40,749 nt of DNA from Chthoniobacteraceae bacterium (lineage in GTDB: Bacteria; Verrucomicrobiota; Verrucomicrobiia; Chthoniobacterales; Chthoniobacteraceae): contig JBEBGD010000044.1 in the NCBI GenBank assembly GCA_040081625.1, forward strand, positions 1 to 40,749, in the 5' to 3' direction. The position numbers were made by a program, and so were the translations under genes. This document shows, one piece after another, positions 28,418-39,854 of this stretch. The notes under the pieces were generated by a model. That model ran no database searches, was not told where the DNA came from, and worked only from the letters and a program-made list of their open reading frames with translations. Position 1 is the stretch's first letter, and every line of letters starts with the position of its first letter.

Positions 28418-29131
28418 CTAAACCCGGCGCTGTGTGTCACGCGGGCCGGGCGCGAGGTCGAGCATCCGCAGCACGGCGGGCACGTCGGCGAGGTCGTCGA
28501 AAAGAAAATCCGGCCCGCACGCCGCCAGCTCGGCGCGCGTGTGGCGGCCGGTGGCGATGCCGACGGCGACGGCGCCGATGGCGCGCGCGCAGGTGATGTC
28601 GTGCGGTGTGTCGCCGAGCACGAGGATGTCGCGCGGCGCGAATTCGATGCCGTGCTTTTCCCGCGCACGGGTGCGGGCGACGGGGCCGAGGGCGTTGCGG
28701 TCGGCGGAGTCGTCGGCATACGCGCCGAACTCGAAGTAGTGCCAGAGCCCGTAGTGCGTGAGCTTGAGCCGCGCGCCGCGGACGAGGTTGCCGGTGAGCA
28801 GAGCGAGTACGCAGTCGGGCCGCACGAGGAGCGCGTCGAGCAGCGCGACGACGCCGGGCAGCAGCGAGCCGTCGGTGATCGGCAGCAGCCGCGCGAGGTG
28901 CGCGAGGTAGCAGTCGTAAAAGGCCGCGAGCACTTCCGGCGACGCGGCGAGGCCGGCGCGCGCGTAGAGCTGCTGCGCGATGGCGGAGTCGGTGCGGCCG
29001 GCGATCTCGATGCCGAGCAGGTCGGTGGTGCCGACGATTTCGAGCGCGGCGGCTTCCAGCGCGCGCACGCCCGCGCCGCCGCTGGCGAGCAGCGTGCCGT
29101 CGATGTCGAAGAGGAAAAGTTTGCGGGTCAA
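28418..29131 (-). CDS. HAD-superfamily hydrolase (phosphoglycolate phosphatase-like)
   Basis: TTG start; LFDIDGTLL, GRTD, LLTGN, FGAYADD, VLGDTPHDI. Confidence 0.88.
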   Translation of the reverse strand: MTRKLFLFDIDGTLLASGGAGVRALEAAALEIVGTTDLLGIEIAGRTDSAIAQQLYARAGLAASPEVLAAFYDCYLAHLARLLPITDGSLLPGVVALLDALLVRPDCVLALLTGNLVRGARLKLTHYGLWHYFEFGAYADDSADRNALGPVARTRAREKHGIEFAPRDILVLGDTPHDITCARAIGAVAVGIATGRHTRAELAACGPDFLFDDLADVPAVLRMLDLAPGPRDTQRRV

Positions 29132-29143
29132 GGCGCGGGATTT

Positions 29144-29217
29144 AACCACAGAGGACGCAGAGGACACGGAGAAAGAAGAAGTAGGCGCTCCCGTTCCGCG
29201 TCGTGTCCTTCGTGGTT
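29144..29217. repeat. 9-nt periodic hairpin element in a divergent intergenic region
   Basis: aaccacagaggacgcagaggacacggag ... cgtgtccttcgtggtt. Confidence 0.6.
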
Positions 29218-29251
29218 GTTTCCACACGCCGGGTGCGCTTAGACTCGGCGC

Positions 29252-29647
29252 ATGGAAATTGTCACTCAACTCTCGGTCTTCCTCGCCAATGAACCCGGCA
29301 CGCTCGCAGCGGTCTGCGACGAACTCGCCAAGCACAAGATCAACATCTATGCGCTCACGATCTCGGACACGGTCGATCACGCCGTGGTGCGCATGGTCTT
29401 GAGCGAGCCGATCAAGGCGATCCATCTGCTCGAAAGCCGCGGCGTGCTCGTGGTGGAGAACCGCGTGCTGATGATCCACAACTCGAACAAGCCGGGCTCG
29501 CTCTCGAAGATCGCCGCGAAGCTCGCGAAGGCGAAGATCAACATCGAATACGCCTACCTCGCGACGGCGCCGGGGGAGAAACGGGGACTGCTGATCCTGC
29601 GCACCAGCGACACGAAGCGCGCGCTCACGGTGCTGAAGAAGAAGTAG
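29252..29647 (+). CDS. Tandem ACT-domain protein
   Basis: QLSVFLANEPGTLA...KINIYAL and NKPGSLSKIA..LAKAKINIEYAY. Confidence 0.9.
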   Translation: MEIVTQLSVFLANEPGTLAAVCDELAKHKINIYALTISDTVDHAVVRMVLSEPIKAIHLLESRGVLVVENRVLMIHNSNKPGSLSKIAAKLAKAKINIEYAYLATAPGEKRGLLILRTSDTKRALTVLKKK

Positions 29648-29648
29648 C

Positions 29649-31847
<2,199 letters not shown>

Positions 31848-31895
31848 TCGTGCGCCATGGAATCTCGCGAAAGCGGTTTGTGCGGTGGAGTGATT

Positions 31896-32087
31896 TGTCG
31901 CGGAGCGACAGCCGGGGGGAGCCCGGCACTTCAGTGCCGGGTTTCACCTCCTTCGCGCGCACGTCGCGGAGCGACGGCTGGGCCTCACTGCGGCTGTTTT
32001 CGCTCGTCGCGACGCGACTCGCCGGGACGGTGCTGGATTTCCCGGCACTGAAGTGCCGGGCTAGCGTCAGGCGTTCGCTCCGCGAAC
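31896..32087. repeat. REP/REPIN-like nested palindromic element between convergent genes
   Basis: Perfect 22-bp IR AGCCCGGCACTTCAGTGCCGGG (31920-31941 / 32041-32062); gtcgcggagcgac units at ~31897 and ~31963, with inverted copies at ~32005 and ~32073. Confidence 0.85.
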
Positions 32088-32127
32088 CACGCCGCGTTCC
32101 CCGGTTCGTTCGCCACTTTCGCGAGCT

Positions 32128-35100
32128 TCAATAACGCGCCGCGACGCGCTCGGTGATCTCCTTCGAGTTTGAGCGCACGACTTCGATGCCGGAGAGCACC
32201 GCGTCTTCGCCGGACAGCTCGACGAGGAGATTATCGGTCACGGCGACGTCGCGATACTCGCGGACGAGCGCGGACTTCGCGCCGCCGAGCGCCGCGGGAT
32301 CGAAGCGCTCCTCGACCGGCTTGCCCTGGAGCTTGATGTCGAAGGCGCGCTGGCCGGGTTTGTCGTCCTCGAGTGCGGCGAAGTAGAGGCGCACCGTGTA
32401 GGTCGCGGACGGCTGGTCTTTGCCGATGAGCGGCAGCTCGCAGCGGCTCATGCCGCGCACGCCGCTGGTGAAGATCCACGGCGTGTCGGTCTTCGCGATC
32501 GGGTAGGACTCTTCGTTGAAGCTGAAGTAGCCGCCGGCTTTCGCGATCTTCGGCTTGATGTCGAGCGGCAGGTCGATGCCGGCGCGCGAGCTGGGACGCG
32601 GGTAGCCGAGCCATAGCTTGCCGTGCGCGTCGCGGCGGTCGCCGGGCGCGCCGAGATTGAGCGCCATGTGCTGCACGGGAAGTGTCGCGCCCGTCGCGCT
32701 ATAGACGCCCCACTGCATGCGCTTGTCGCGCGGCTCGAAGACGATCGTCGCGGCGATCGAGAAGAGGCACACGCAGCCCGCGCTCGCCTCGGGGATCATC
32801 ACGAGGCCGTTGGCGGGGATCGTATTGATCCAGCAACCGAGCCGCTGCCCGGCGAAGTGCTCGGTGCCTTCGTCCGTCTCGCGGTTGTAGAAGGCGGTGA
32901 ACTTCGAGCGGAAGAACATCATCGCCGGCGTCGCGGAGATCGCGCCGCAGTGATGGCCGGGGCGCGCAAACATCCACGCCGTCTGCTCGCCGGTGAGCGG
33001 ATGTGTGCGCATCTTTTGGTCGCCGCTGTAGAGGTCGTAGGCCCACGGTTCGGCGACGATCTCGTTGCCGATAATGATGGGGCGATGGCGATAGTTCGCG
33101 TCCTTCGCCCACAGCTTCTGACCGTTGTTTGCATCGAGCACGACGAGCCGGCGCCGCGCAAACTCGCCCTTCAGGAACTGCTCCCAGTAATGCCCGTTCG
33201 CATTTGCGCCGCCGAGGACGAGCTGGTTGTTGTGGTAGATGAGATTGAGGCTGCCGCCGCCGATGCCGATCTCGCTGCAATCGGTCACATCGACCGGATT
33301 GGCCCACAGCTTCTTGCCGCTGCGCGCGTCGAGCGCCACCGCGAGGCGGAGGTCGGCTTTCTTCACGCGATCTTCGGCGATGTCGCGCTCCTTGCCGGTG
33401 AGCTTCGCGAGAGCGGTCTTGTCCTGCGCGAGCATGTCCGCGCGCTGCTCGGGCGTGAGCGAGCTGTCGATGAAGAACACGCGTCCATCGCCGATGGCCA
33501 TGGTGACGTAGCTGATGCTCTTGCCCTGATAGGTCCAAAGCAGCTCGCCGCTGCGCACGTCGTAGGCGAAGACGCGATCGGTAGCGATGCTGGTGGCGTT
33601 GCCGCGCCGGACCTTCTCCTGCTCGATGGTCTTGCGCTCGGTGATGGTGCCGAAGAGCACGCCTTTGTCGTAAGCGAGAAAGCCCCAGCGCTTGTCCTGC
33701 TCGCCATCGCTGGGCGGCAACGCGTAGGTGCGCTGCACCTTGCCGGTCGCGGCGTCGAACTGGAAGCACTTGTCGAGTTCGACCATGAAGAGGCTGTCGT
33801 CGCTCGCGGCGAGATTGCTCGCTTCACCGGCGGCATAGACGCCCGCGCGAATCGCGGCGGGATTCTCCACCTCCCAAAGTGCGAGGCCGTTGTAGGCGTC
33901 GTAGGCCATCACGCTTTTCTCGCCCTGGATGAAAAGGCGGCCATTGGTCGAGACGGGGCCGACGGCGCCGTTGTGGCGGTTGAGCATCTTGCCGGGGCCG
34001 GGATCGCCATACCACAGCACGCCGAGGCCGCCCTTGATGCGCGTGTCGCTGTTGCTCGAGGTGTTGCCGGCGTTGCCGTATTGATGCGACCACGAGTCCG
34101 CGCCGGGGAGCGGCCCGCGCACGAGCCGCGACCACGCGCCTTGCGTCGTGATCTTCGCGTCTTCCGTGCTGAGCTTCGTCGCGGCGAGCCACGCGGCGAT
34201 GTTCGTCCTCGGCTTCACCGAGTCGGCGACTCCGAGGACGATCGTGCCGCCGATCGGCTTGAGGTTGCGCGCGACTTCCGCGGCGATGCCGGGGATTTCG
34301 CCCGTGATGAGCAGCGTGTCGGAGACGATGAGATTCGCGAAGTAGCTCGAATACGGGACGACCGAGAGGTCGAGGTGATCGACGGTGATGCGCGAGCCGT
34401 AGAGGCCGGTCTTGAGGAGCGCTTCGCGCGAGGACTGCACTTTTCGCTCGTCGGGCTCGACGGCGAAAATCGTTAGGTCGCTGCGCTTCGCCAACTCGTA
34501 AGCGAGTCGGCCCTGCTCGCCGCCGATGACGAGGCAGAACCCGCGCTTGATGCCCGTCTGCGCGAGGATCGTATCCGCGGCGCTCGCGTAGATGTCGGTG
34601 AGTGCGTCCTTCGGGAAGGGATCGCCTGGCTTCGATTCAGCGGCGAGCGTCGTCGATGCGTTCTGGGTTCCGTCGGCGAAGGCGTAGATTTTCCCCGTCG
34701 TCGTGCTGACGATGAGATGCCCGCCGGCGGCCGCGAGACCGCGTGCATCGCCTTCGATCGCGGATTTCCACACGGGCTTGCCGGACTCGACGTCGAGCAC
34801 GACGACTTCGTTGACTCCGCCGACGATGAGAGTCTTTCCCGCGAGGATGAGCGCGGAGATGTGCGCGGACGGCCAGCGCCACTTCACCCCGGCGTCGGTA
34901 AACTGCGCGGATTCCGTTTTCAGCGCCGCGAGCTTGTCCTTCCTGGCCTGGTAATCGGCGCGCTTGATCTCGTATGCGGCGCCGGCGGCCTCGGGCGGGT
35001 TCGGTCCGAGCGCTTGCAGTTTCTTGAGTTCCGCGAGCGCGGGATGGGTTCTTAGCTCCTTGGTCAGCTTGGTGATTTCCGCCTCGATCGCGAAACGTTT

Positions 35101-36105
35101 GCGCGTGCCCTCGGCGTGGCGCACGCGATCGATCGCGACGATTTCCTTTCCCGTGGCCATGTAGCCCATCTCGCCGGCGAGCGTCATCTGCTTGCCGACA
35201 AACCAGCCGAAGCCGGTCTTCCCGGTCTGCTGGTCGGCGGCGAGGATCTGATGCTCGCCGACGGAATAAAGCTGGTCGTCCGCGAGCAGCGCCTGCGTCC
35301 CGCCGATGCCCCGCCACGCGGCGGTGTTGCGCTTGACCGGTTGGCCGGTCGCGCGCTCAAAGGCAGACGCGAGTCCGCGGCCCGAGGGCACGAAGAGAGT
35401 GTCTTTCGACGCGAGCATGTAGCCTTGCGGCGAGAGGTCGTTGCGCCCGGCGTCGTCCTGGCTGATCGCGTCGTTCTTCCACACGACTTTGCCGGTCGCG
35501 GCCTCGACGGCGTAGAGATAGACATTCTCGTGAGGAAATACGCCGGCTCCGAAATACGCGGTGCCGCCATCGACGAGGATGCCTGTGCGCACCGGCCAGC
35601 GGGAAATCATGCGGCCGCGCGCCAGGATGCGTTCGTCATTCGGGCCTGCGCGGAGTTTCCATGCGAGCTTCCCGGTCGCTGCGTCGAGGCAGTAGGCGTA
35701 GCCGTCGTCCGAGCCTATGAACACGCGGCCATCGGCGACCATCGGCGCGAGCCGGATCGGGCCATCGGTGAAAAAGGTCCACTCGTCGCGCCCCGTGAGG
35801 AGATTGCGACAATGGACGCGGCCATCGACCGACGAGCCGAAGAACACGCGCGCGCCGACGATCGCGACGTGGAAGACTTCGTCGAAGCGCACACGATTGG
35901 TCATCTCGTAGCCCTCATAGACGCGCCCGTCTTCACCGGCCCATGCGAGCTTCGGCGCCGTGGGCGATGCAAAGTCCCAGCGCTTCGTAAGCGGTGTCGT
36001 GAGCGCTTCCGGCGTGTAGCCGACGCGCGACTGGTCGTGCAGATACGTGGGCCAGTCGGCGAACACGGTGGAGGCGGCGAGAAGGACGGTGGCGAGGAGT
36101 TTCAT
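32128..36105 (-). CDS. Large secreted PQQ-repeat protein with an internal class I methyltransferase-like domain and C-terminal malectin-like domain
   Basis: Signal peptide + DWPTYLHD..R.G; many TGK..W repeats; GFCLVIGGEQGRLA...ANLIVSD...LKPIGG; YTVRLYFA...QRAFDIKLQG...LSGIEV. Confidence 0.8.
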   Translation of the reverse strand: MKLLATVLLAASTVFADWPTYLHDQSRVGYTPEALTTPLTKRWDFASPTAPKLAWAGEDGRVYEGYEMTNRVRFDEVFHVAIVGARVFFGSSVDGRVHCRNLLTGRDEWTFFTDGPIRLAPMVADGRVFIGSDDGYAYCLDAATGKLAWKLRAGPNDERILARGRMISRWPVRTGILVDGGTAYFGAGVFPHENVYLYAVEAATGKVVWKNDAISQDDAGRNDLSPQGYMLASKDTLFVPSGRGLASAFERATGQPVKRNTAAWRGIGGTQALLADDQLYSVGEHQILAADQQTGKTGFGWFVGKQMTLAGEMGYMATGKEIVAIDRVRHAEGTRKRFAIEAEITKLTKELRTHPALAELKKLQALGPNPPEAAGAAYEIKRADYQARKDKLAALKTESAQFTDAGVKWRWPSAHISALILAGKTLIVGGVNEVVVLDVESGKPVWKSAIEGDARGLAAAGGHLIVSTTTGKIYAFADGTQNASTTLAAESKPGDPFPKDALTDIYASAADTILAQTGIKRGFCLVIGGEQGRLAYELAKRSDLTIFAVEPDERKVQSSREALLKTGLYGSRITVDHLDLSVVPYSSYFANLIVSDTLLITGEIPGIAAEVARNLKPIGGTIVLGVADSVKPRTNIAAWLAATKLSTEDAKITTQGAWSRLVRGPLPGADSWSHQYGNAGNTSSNSDTRIKGGLGVLWYGDPGPGKMLNRHNGAVGPVSTNGRLFIQGEKSVMAYDAYNGLALWEVENPAAIRAGVYAAGEASNLAASDDSLFMVELDKCFQFDAATGKVQRTYALPPSDGEQDKRWGFLAYDKGVLFGTITERKTIEQEKVRRGNATSIATDRVFAYDVRSGELLWTYQGKSISYVTMAIGDGRVFFIDSSLTPEQRADMLAQDKTALAKLTGKERDIAEDRVKKADLRLAVALDARSGKKLWANPVDVTDCSEIGIGGGSLNLIYHNNQLVLGGANANGHYWEQFLKGEFARRRLVVLDANNGQKLWAKDANYRHRPIIIGNEIVAEPWAYDLYSGDQKMRTHPLTGEQTAWMFARPGHHCGAISATPAMMFFRSKFTAFYNRETDEGTEHFAGQRLGCWINTIPANGLVMIPEASAGCVCLFSIAATIVFEPRDKRMQWGVYSATGATLPVQHMALNLGAPGDRRDAHGKLWLGYPRPSSRAGIDLPLDIKPKIAKAGGYFSFNEESYPIAKTDTPWIFTSGVRGMSRCELPLIGKDQPSATYTVRLYFAALEDDKPGQRAFDIKLQGKPVEERFDPAALGGAKSALVREYRDVAVTDNLLVELSGEDAVLSGIEVVRSNSKEITERVAARY

Positions 36106-36191
36106 GGCAGGACGGATTGGTGGGTGGGGAACGCTTGATCGTGTCGCGACACACGGACGAAATGAAAGCCGCCCATTCCGGTAACCGAAAA

Positions 36192-37241
36192 ATGCTTCTA
36201 CGACTCGTCGCCTCGCTCCTCCTGATCACCCTCGCTTCGGCAAACGCGTGCTCCGTGCCGGTCTTTCGCTACGCGCTCGAGCATTGGGCCGCCGATCCGT
36301 TTGAAGCGCTCGTCTTTCACCGCGGGCCACTCACGCCCGAACAGCGAGCCCTTGCGGACAAGCTCAGTGCCGATGCCGGGAAGATGCGTGCGAACCTCAC
36401 CGTTCGCACAATCGATCTCGATCGCGAGCCTTTGCCCGACGCGCCGGGCCAACTGCCTTCACTCTCGGTGCGTTTTCCCGGTGCGCGGGGTGCGACGTTC
36501 TGGTCCGGTCCTCTCGCGGAAAATTCCGTCGAACGACTCGTCGATTCCCCGGCGCGCCGGGAGGTCGCGCGTCGCCTCGGTGAAGGCGAGAGCGCCGTGT
36601 GGCTGCTGATCGAGAGTGGCGACCGTGCGAAAGACGATGCCGCCGCAACGACGTTGCAGGCGCGGCTCGACTACCTCGTGGGCACGCTCGAACTTCCGAA
36701 GCTCGAAGCGCAGGACATCGCCAACGGGCTGGTCTCCATCGCGCAGGAAGACCTGCGTCTCGACTTCTCCATTCTTCGCCTCCGGCGCGACGATTCGGAC
36801 GAGGGCGCGTTCATCAAGATGCTTCTCACCGCCGAGACGGACCTCGATGAGGCGAAGGAGCCGATTGTCTTCCCCGTCTTCGGCCGAGGCCGCGCGCTCT
36901 ACGCGCTCGTGGGTGAGGGGATCAAGCGCGAGACGATCGACCGGGCCGCGAGCTTTCTCATCGGCAAATGCTCATGCGAGGTGAAGGACCAGAATCCCGG
37001 GATCGACCTGCTGTTTGCGACCGACTGGGACGGGCTGGTGAAAGCGAAATCCGTCGCCGCACCCGATCTACCCACACTTGCGCAACTGACCGCCGCTGCG
37101 CCCGTCTCGGTCACGATCTCCGGCGCCGACGTCCCACTTCCGGCAAAGACGCCATCGTTTCCGACCGCCGCCGCTCTCGCCGTCGGTGCGCTCGTGCTCC
37201 TGCTCGGCGTCGCCGCGCTTCGGAGGATTCGCGGGAAATAA
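36192..37241 (+). CDS. Exported hypothetical protein with C-terminal membrane anchor
   Basis: Signal peptide ending ANA; CSVPVFRYALEHW; FPVFGRGRAL; CSCEVKDQNPGIDLL; C-terminal TM + RRIRGK. Confidence 0.75.
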   Translation: MLLRLVASLLLITLASANACSVPVFRYALEHWAADPFEALVFHRGPLTPEQRALADKLSADAGKMRANLTVRTIDLDREPLPDAPGQLPSLSVRFPGARGATFWSGPLAENSVERLVDSPARREVARRLGEGESAVWLLIESGDRAKDDAAATTLQARLDYLVGTLELPKLEAQDIANGLVSIAQEDLRLDFSILRLRRDDSDEGAFIKMLLTAETDLDEAKEPIVFPVFGRGRALYALVGEGIKRETIDRAASFLIGKCSCEVKDQNPGIDLLFATDWDGLVKAKSVAAPDLPTLAQLTAAAPVSVTISGADVPLPAKTPSFPTAAALAVGALVLLLGVAALRRIRGK

Positions 37242-37244
37242 AGC

Positions 37245-37319
37245 TGGAGCCAGTGGCGGGGATTGAACCCGCGACCTGCGGTTTACGAAACCGCTGCTCT
37301 ACCACTGAGCTACACTGGC
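37245..37319 (-). tRNA. tRNA-Thr(CGT)
   Basis: GCCAGTGTAGCTCAGTGGTAGAGCAGCGGTTTCGTAAACCGCAGGTCGCGGGTTCAATCCCCGCCACTGGCTCCA; cloverleaf with anticodon loop TTCGTAA and encoded CCA. Confidence 0.97.
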
Positions 37320-37406
37320 TTTCAGGCCCGCGGAAAGCGGGCGGGACGTATCGCAAATGAGCCGCTGCCCGGCAAGTGACATTTGCCGGATGCTCGACAA
37401 TCCCCG

Positions 37407-38405
37407 TCATTTGCCGAGTCCGAGCATCTCCCGCGACATCTTCATCTGCACTTTCATGAACTCGAGCTGCTGCTGCTGCACCTTTTCGAGCGTCGCGACT
37501 TGATCCGCGTTCAACACGTCGCGCGCGCGATTGAGCACGCGCCGGTTAAACTCCTCCTGGCTCGTCATAAACTTCTGGACCCCGGCGTCGGACTTGAGCG
37601 TGTCGAACTGCTGCTGCGGGTTCGTGCTGTTCATGAGGTTGTCCGGCGACTTCGTTCGTTCCTCGCGCATGAGCCCGAGCAGCGAGTTCTTTTGCGCCGC
37701 CTCCAGCGGCGCGCCCGCGGCAGCGAACTGACCCTCGAACTGCTGGAGCATGAACCGATCGCCGATCGAGCCTTCATAGCTCTGGAACTTCTTGAAGTTC
37801 TCCTCGCCAAGGACCGCCTTGAGTTGCTCGTTATAGCGTTGCTGCGTCTCCGCCAGCTTCTTCGTCTTCTCGTCCCTGTCGGGTGCGTTCGGATCCATGT
37901 TGCCCATTGCTGAGGCGCTAAGATCCATCTGCCGGTCGGCGAGCATCTCCATCAACTGCTCGGCGTCCGCCGCCGATAGACCCAATTCTTTCGCGAGGTC
38001 GCCATAGATCATCCGGAGTCCCACCATCTGCTGCACGCGCATGGATTTCTTCATCTCAGGATCAGTGAACATCTTCGCCAGCCCTTTCATGAACTGCTTT
38101 CCATCCGCCGGCTTCGTGTCCGCAGCTCCAGTGGCTTGCGGATCGCCGGTTGCCGGCGAGGCAGACTTGGCGGATGCGAGCTGAGCGCGCAGCGTCTCCG
38201 ACTCGGCCTTGAAGACTTCGAGCTGTTCGCGCAGGCGACGGATCTCCTCGCGATCGCGGTCGCGCTGAGCGGCGAGATCAGCGGTATCGGTGAGGTATGT
38301 CGCTGAGGCTTGTTCGAGGCGCGAAACCTTTTGACGCTCGAGATAAATGACGGCCCCCAAGCCGACCGAGATTGCGACGAGAAGGCTCAGGAAGGATGCT
38401 TTCAT
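37407..38405 (-). CDS. Hypothetical membrane-anchored coiled-coil/helical protein
   Basis: N-terminal TM, then Q/E/K/M-rich heptads; ELGLS and VLNADQ helical-repeat-like motifs. Confidence 0.75.
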   Translation of the reverse strand: MKASFLSLLVAISVGLGAVIYLERQKVSRLEQASATYLTDTADLAAQRDRDREEIRRLREQLEVFKAESETLRAQLASAKSASPATGDPQATGAADTKPADGKQFMKGLAKMFTDPEMKKSMRVQQMVGLRMIYGDLAKELGLSAADAEQLMEMLADRQMDLSASAMGNMDPNAPDRDEKTKKLAETQQRYNEQLKAVLGEENFKKFQSYEGSIGDRFMLQQFEGQFAAAGAPLEAAQKNSLLGLMREERTKSPDNLMNSTNPQQQFDTLKSDAGVQKFMTSQEEFNRRVLNRARDVLNADQVATLEKVQQQQLEFMKVQMKMSREMLGLGK

Positions 38406-38442
38406 GCCCGCCGTCTAACGCCTGTCGCGGAGTCTGCAAAGC

Positions 38443-38473
38443 AAAACAGGCGCCCCCGTGAAAGGGCGCCTGT
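38443..38473 (-). terminator. Intrinsic terminator of the histone-like gene
   Basis: 10-bp stem acaggcgccc/gggcgcctgt ending in a TTTT tract on the minus strand. Confidence 0.75.
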
Positions 38474-38503
38474 CTTGAAATTATCGATGTGGATTTACGC
38501 CGG

Positions 38504-39223
38504 TCAGCCGGCGAATTGATAAGTCGCGGGCCCGACCTTTTTCACCGCCGGGTTGCGCTTGCCGGTCGTGGCGAACCACACCTGGATGTTGCGATAGGGC
38601 ATCTTGAACCTGGCGGAAAGGCTCTTGACCGTCTCGCCATTCGTCCCCGCAGCCTTGAGAGCATCAATAATTCGCGCCTGGAGCGCGCCACGCCGATTGC
38701 CGCCCTTCGAGGCTTTCGCCGCCTTGACCTTCGGCGCCTTGGCAGGCTTTGGCCCGGGCTGCTTCGCGGCTTTCGCAGGTTTCACGGGCTTAATAGCCTT
38801 CGCGGCCTTGGGCGCCGGGGCATTTCCCACGAGTCTATAGGTTGCCGGGGCGACGCGCTTGACGACGGGATAGCGTGTCTCGGCTGCATGGAACCATGCG
38901 TAGATATTCGCGGGATTCGTGCTGAGGTCCTTTGCGATGTCGAGAACCTTGACTCCGGTTGAGCCGGCTTTCTCGAGTGCGGCGAAGATGCGGCTCTTGA
39001 GCGCGGCGCGCGGGGCTTTCTTCGCGCGGGTGGGTTTGGCAGCGGCCTTGGCCGGCTTGGCTTTCGGCGCCGGGGCGGGGGCGCGGTTGCCAGAGATCAG
39101 TTGTCGCTTGAGCGAATCCAACTGGCTTTCGAGCGCGCTGAGCTGCTGCTGGAGCGCCGCCCGTTTCTCTTCGAGGCTTAGCATCTTCTTGAGATGCGCG
39201 ATTTGTAACGTTGAGGAGTTCAT
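38504..39223 (-). CDS. Basic Lys/Ala/Pro-rich putative nucleoid-associated protein (coiled coil + two winged-helix-like repeats)
   Basis: N-terminal heptads; PAKAAK linkers; two ~60-aa repeats RI..AL..AG..G..V......NI..WF......P.VK.V.PATY. Confidence 0.7.
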   Translation of the reverse strand: MNSSTLQIAHLKKMLSLEEKRAALQQQLSALESQLDSLKRQLISGNRAPAPAPKAKPAKAAAKPTRAKKAPRAALKSRIFAALEKAGSTGVKVLDIAKDLSTNPANIYAWFHAAETRYPVVKRVAPATYRLVGNAPAPKAAKAIKPVKPAKAAKQPGPKPAKAPKVKAAKASKGGNRRGALQARIIDALKAAGTNGETVKSLSARFKMPYRNIQVWFATTGKRNPAVKKVGPATYQFAG

Positions 39224-39356
39224 TAAAGCGGATGCATATCCAAGGTGGCCCCGGATTCAAGCAAACGATTGCTAATGAGCGTCGAGGCTGGCGTGCGAGT
39301 AGTGCGGGATGCGCTTGAAAGCGCCGTGCGGACCGGATGGACTCCTCTCTTCTCAA

Positions 39357-39812
39357 ATGCTTCATGTAGTCCTCGTCGAACCAGAGATCCCCCCAAACAC
39401 CGGAAATGTCGGCCGGCTTTGTCTCGCCGCCGATGCGGACCTTCACCTGATCAAGCCGCTGGGCTTTTCGCTCGACGACAAGGCGCTTCGTCGCGCGGGC
39501 CTGGACTATTGGCCGGAGGTGCGTCTGACGCTCTGGGATACGTTCGAGCAGCTGCGCGAGGCGCATCCGGCGGCTCGGTTTTGGTTCTTATCGACCAAAG
39601 CTGAGCGCGCATACTGGGATGCGGATTTTTCCGCGGGCGACTTTCTCGTCTTCGGCCGCGAGACCAAGGGGCTCCCTGAGTCGATGCTCGCCGCACACGC
39701 GGACCGGACGCTGACGATTCCGATGGCGCCGCAGGCGCGCAGCCTGAATCTCGCGACGGCCGTCGGAATCGTCCTTTACGATGCCGTTCGCCAGCTTCGC
39801 GCAGGGCGGTGA
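39357..39812 (+). CDS. trmL: tRNA (cytidine/uridine-34 2'-O)-methyltransferase, SPOUT family
   Basis: VVLVEPEIPPNTGNVGRLC, LHLIKPLGF, RRAGLDYW, FGRETKGLP, RSLNLA. Confidence 0.95.
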   Translation: MLHVVLVEPEIPPNTGNVGRLCLAADADLHLIKPLGFSLDDKALRRAGLDYWPEVRLTLWDTFEQLREAHPAARFWFLSTKAERAYWDADFSAGDFLVFGRETKGLPESMLAAHADRTLTIPMAPQARSLNLATAVGIVLYDAVRQLRAGR

Positions 39813-39854
39813 TTGCGCTGCGGATGCCACTGGCTATTGTGCCGGCCCTTTTTT

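Noticed and set aside
37245..37319. tRNA-Thr as an integration site for an island
   Set aside because: No duplicated tRNA 3' end or integrase seen in the window.
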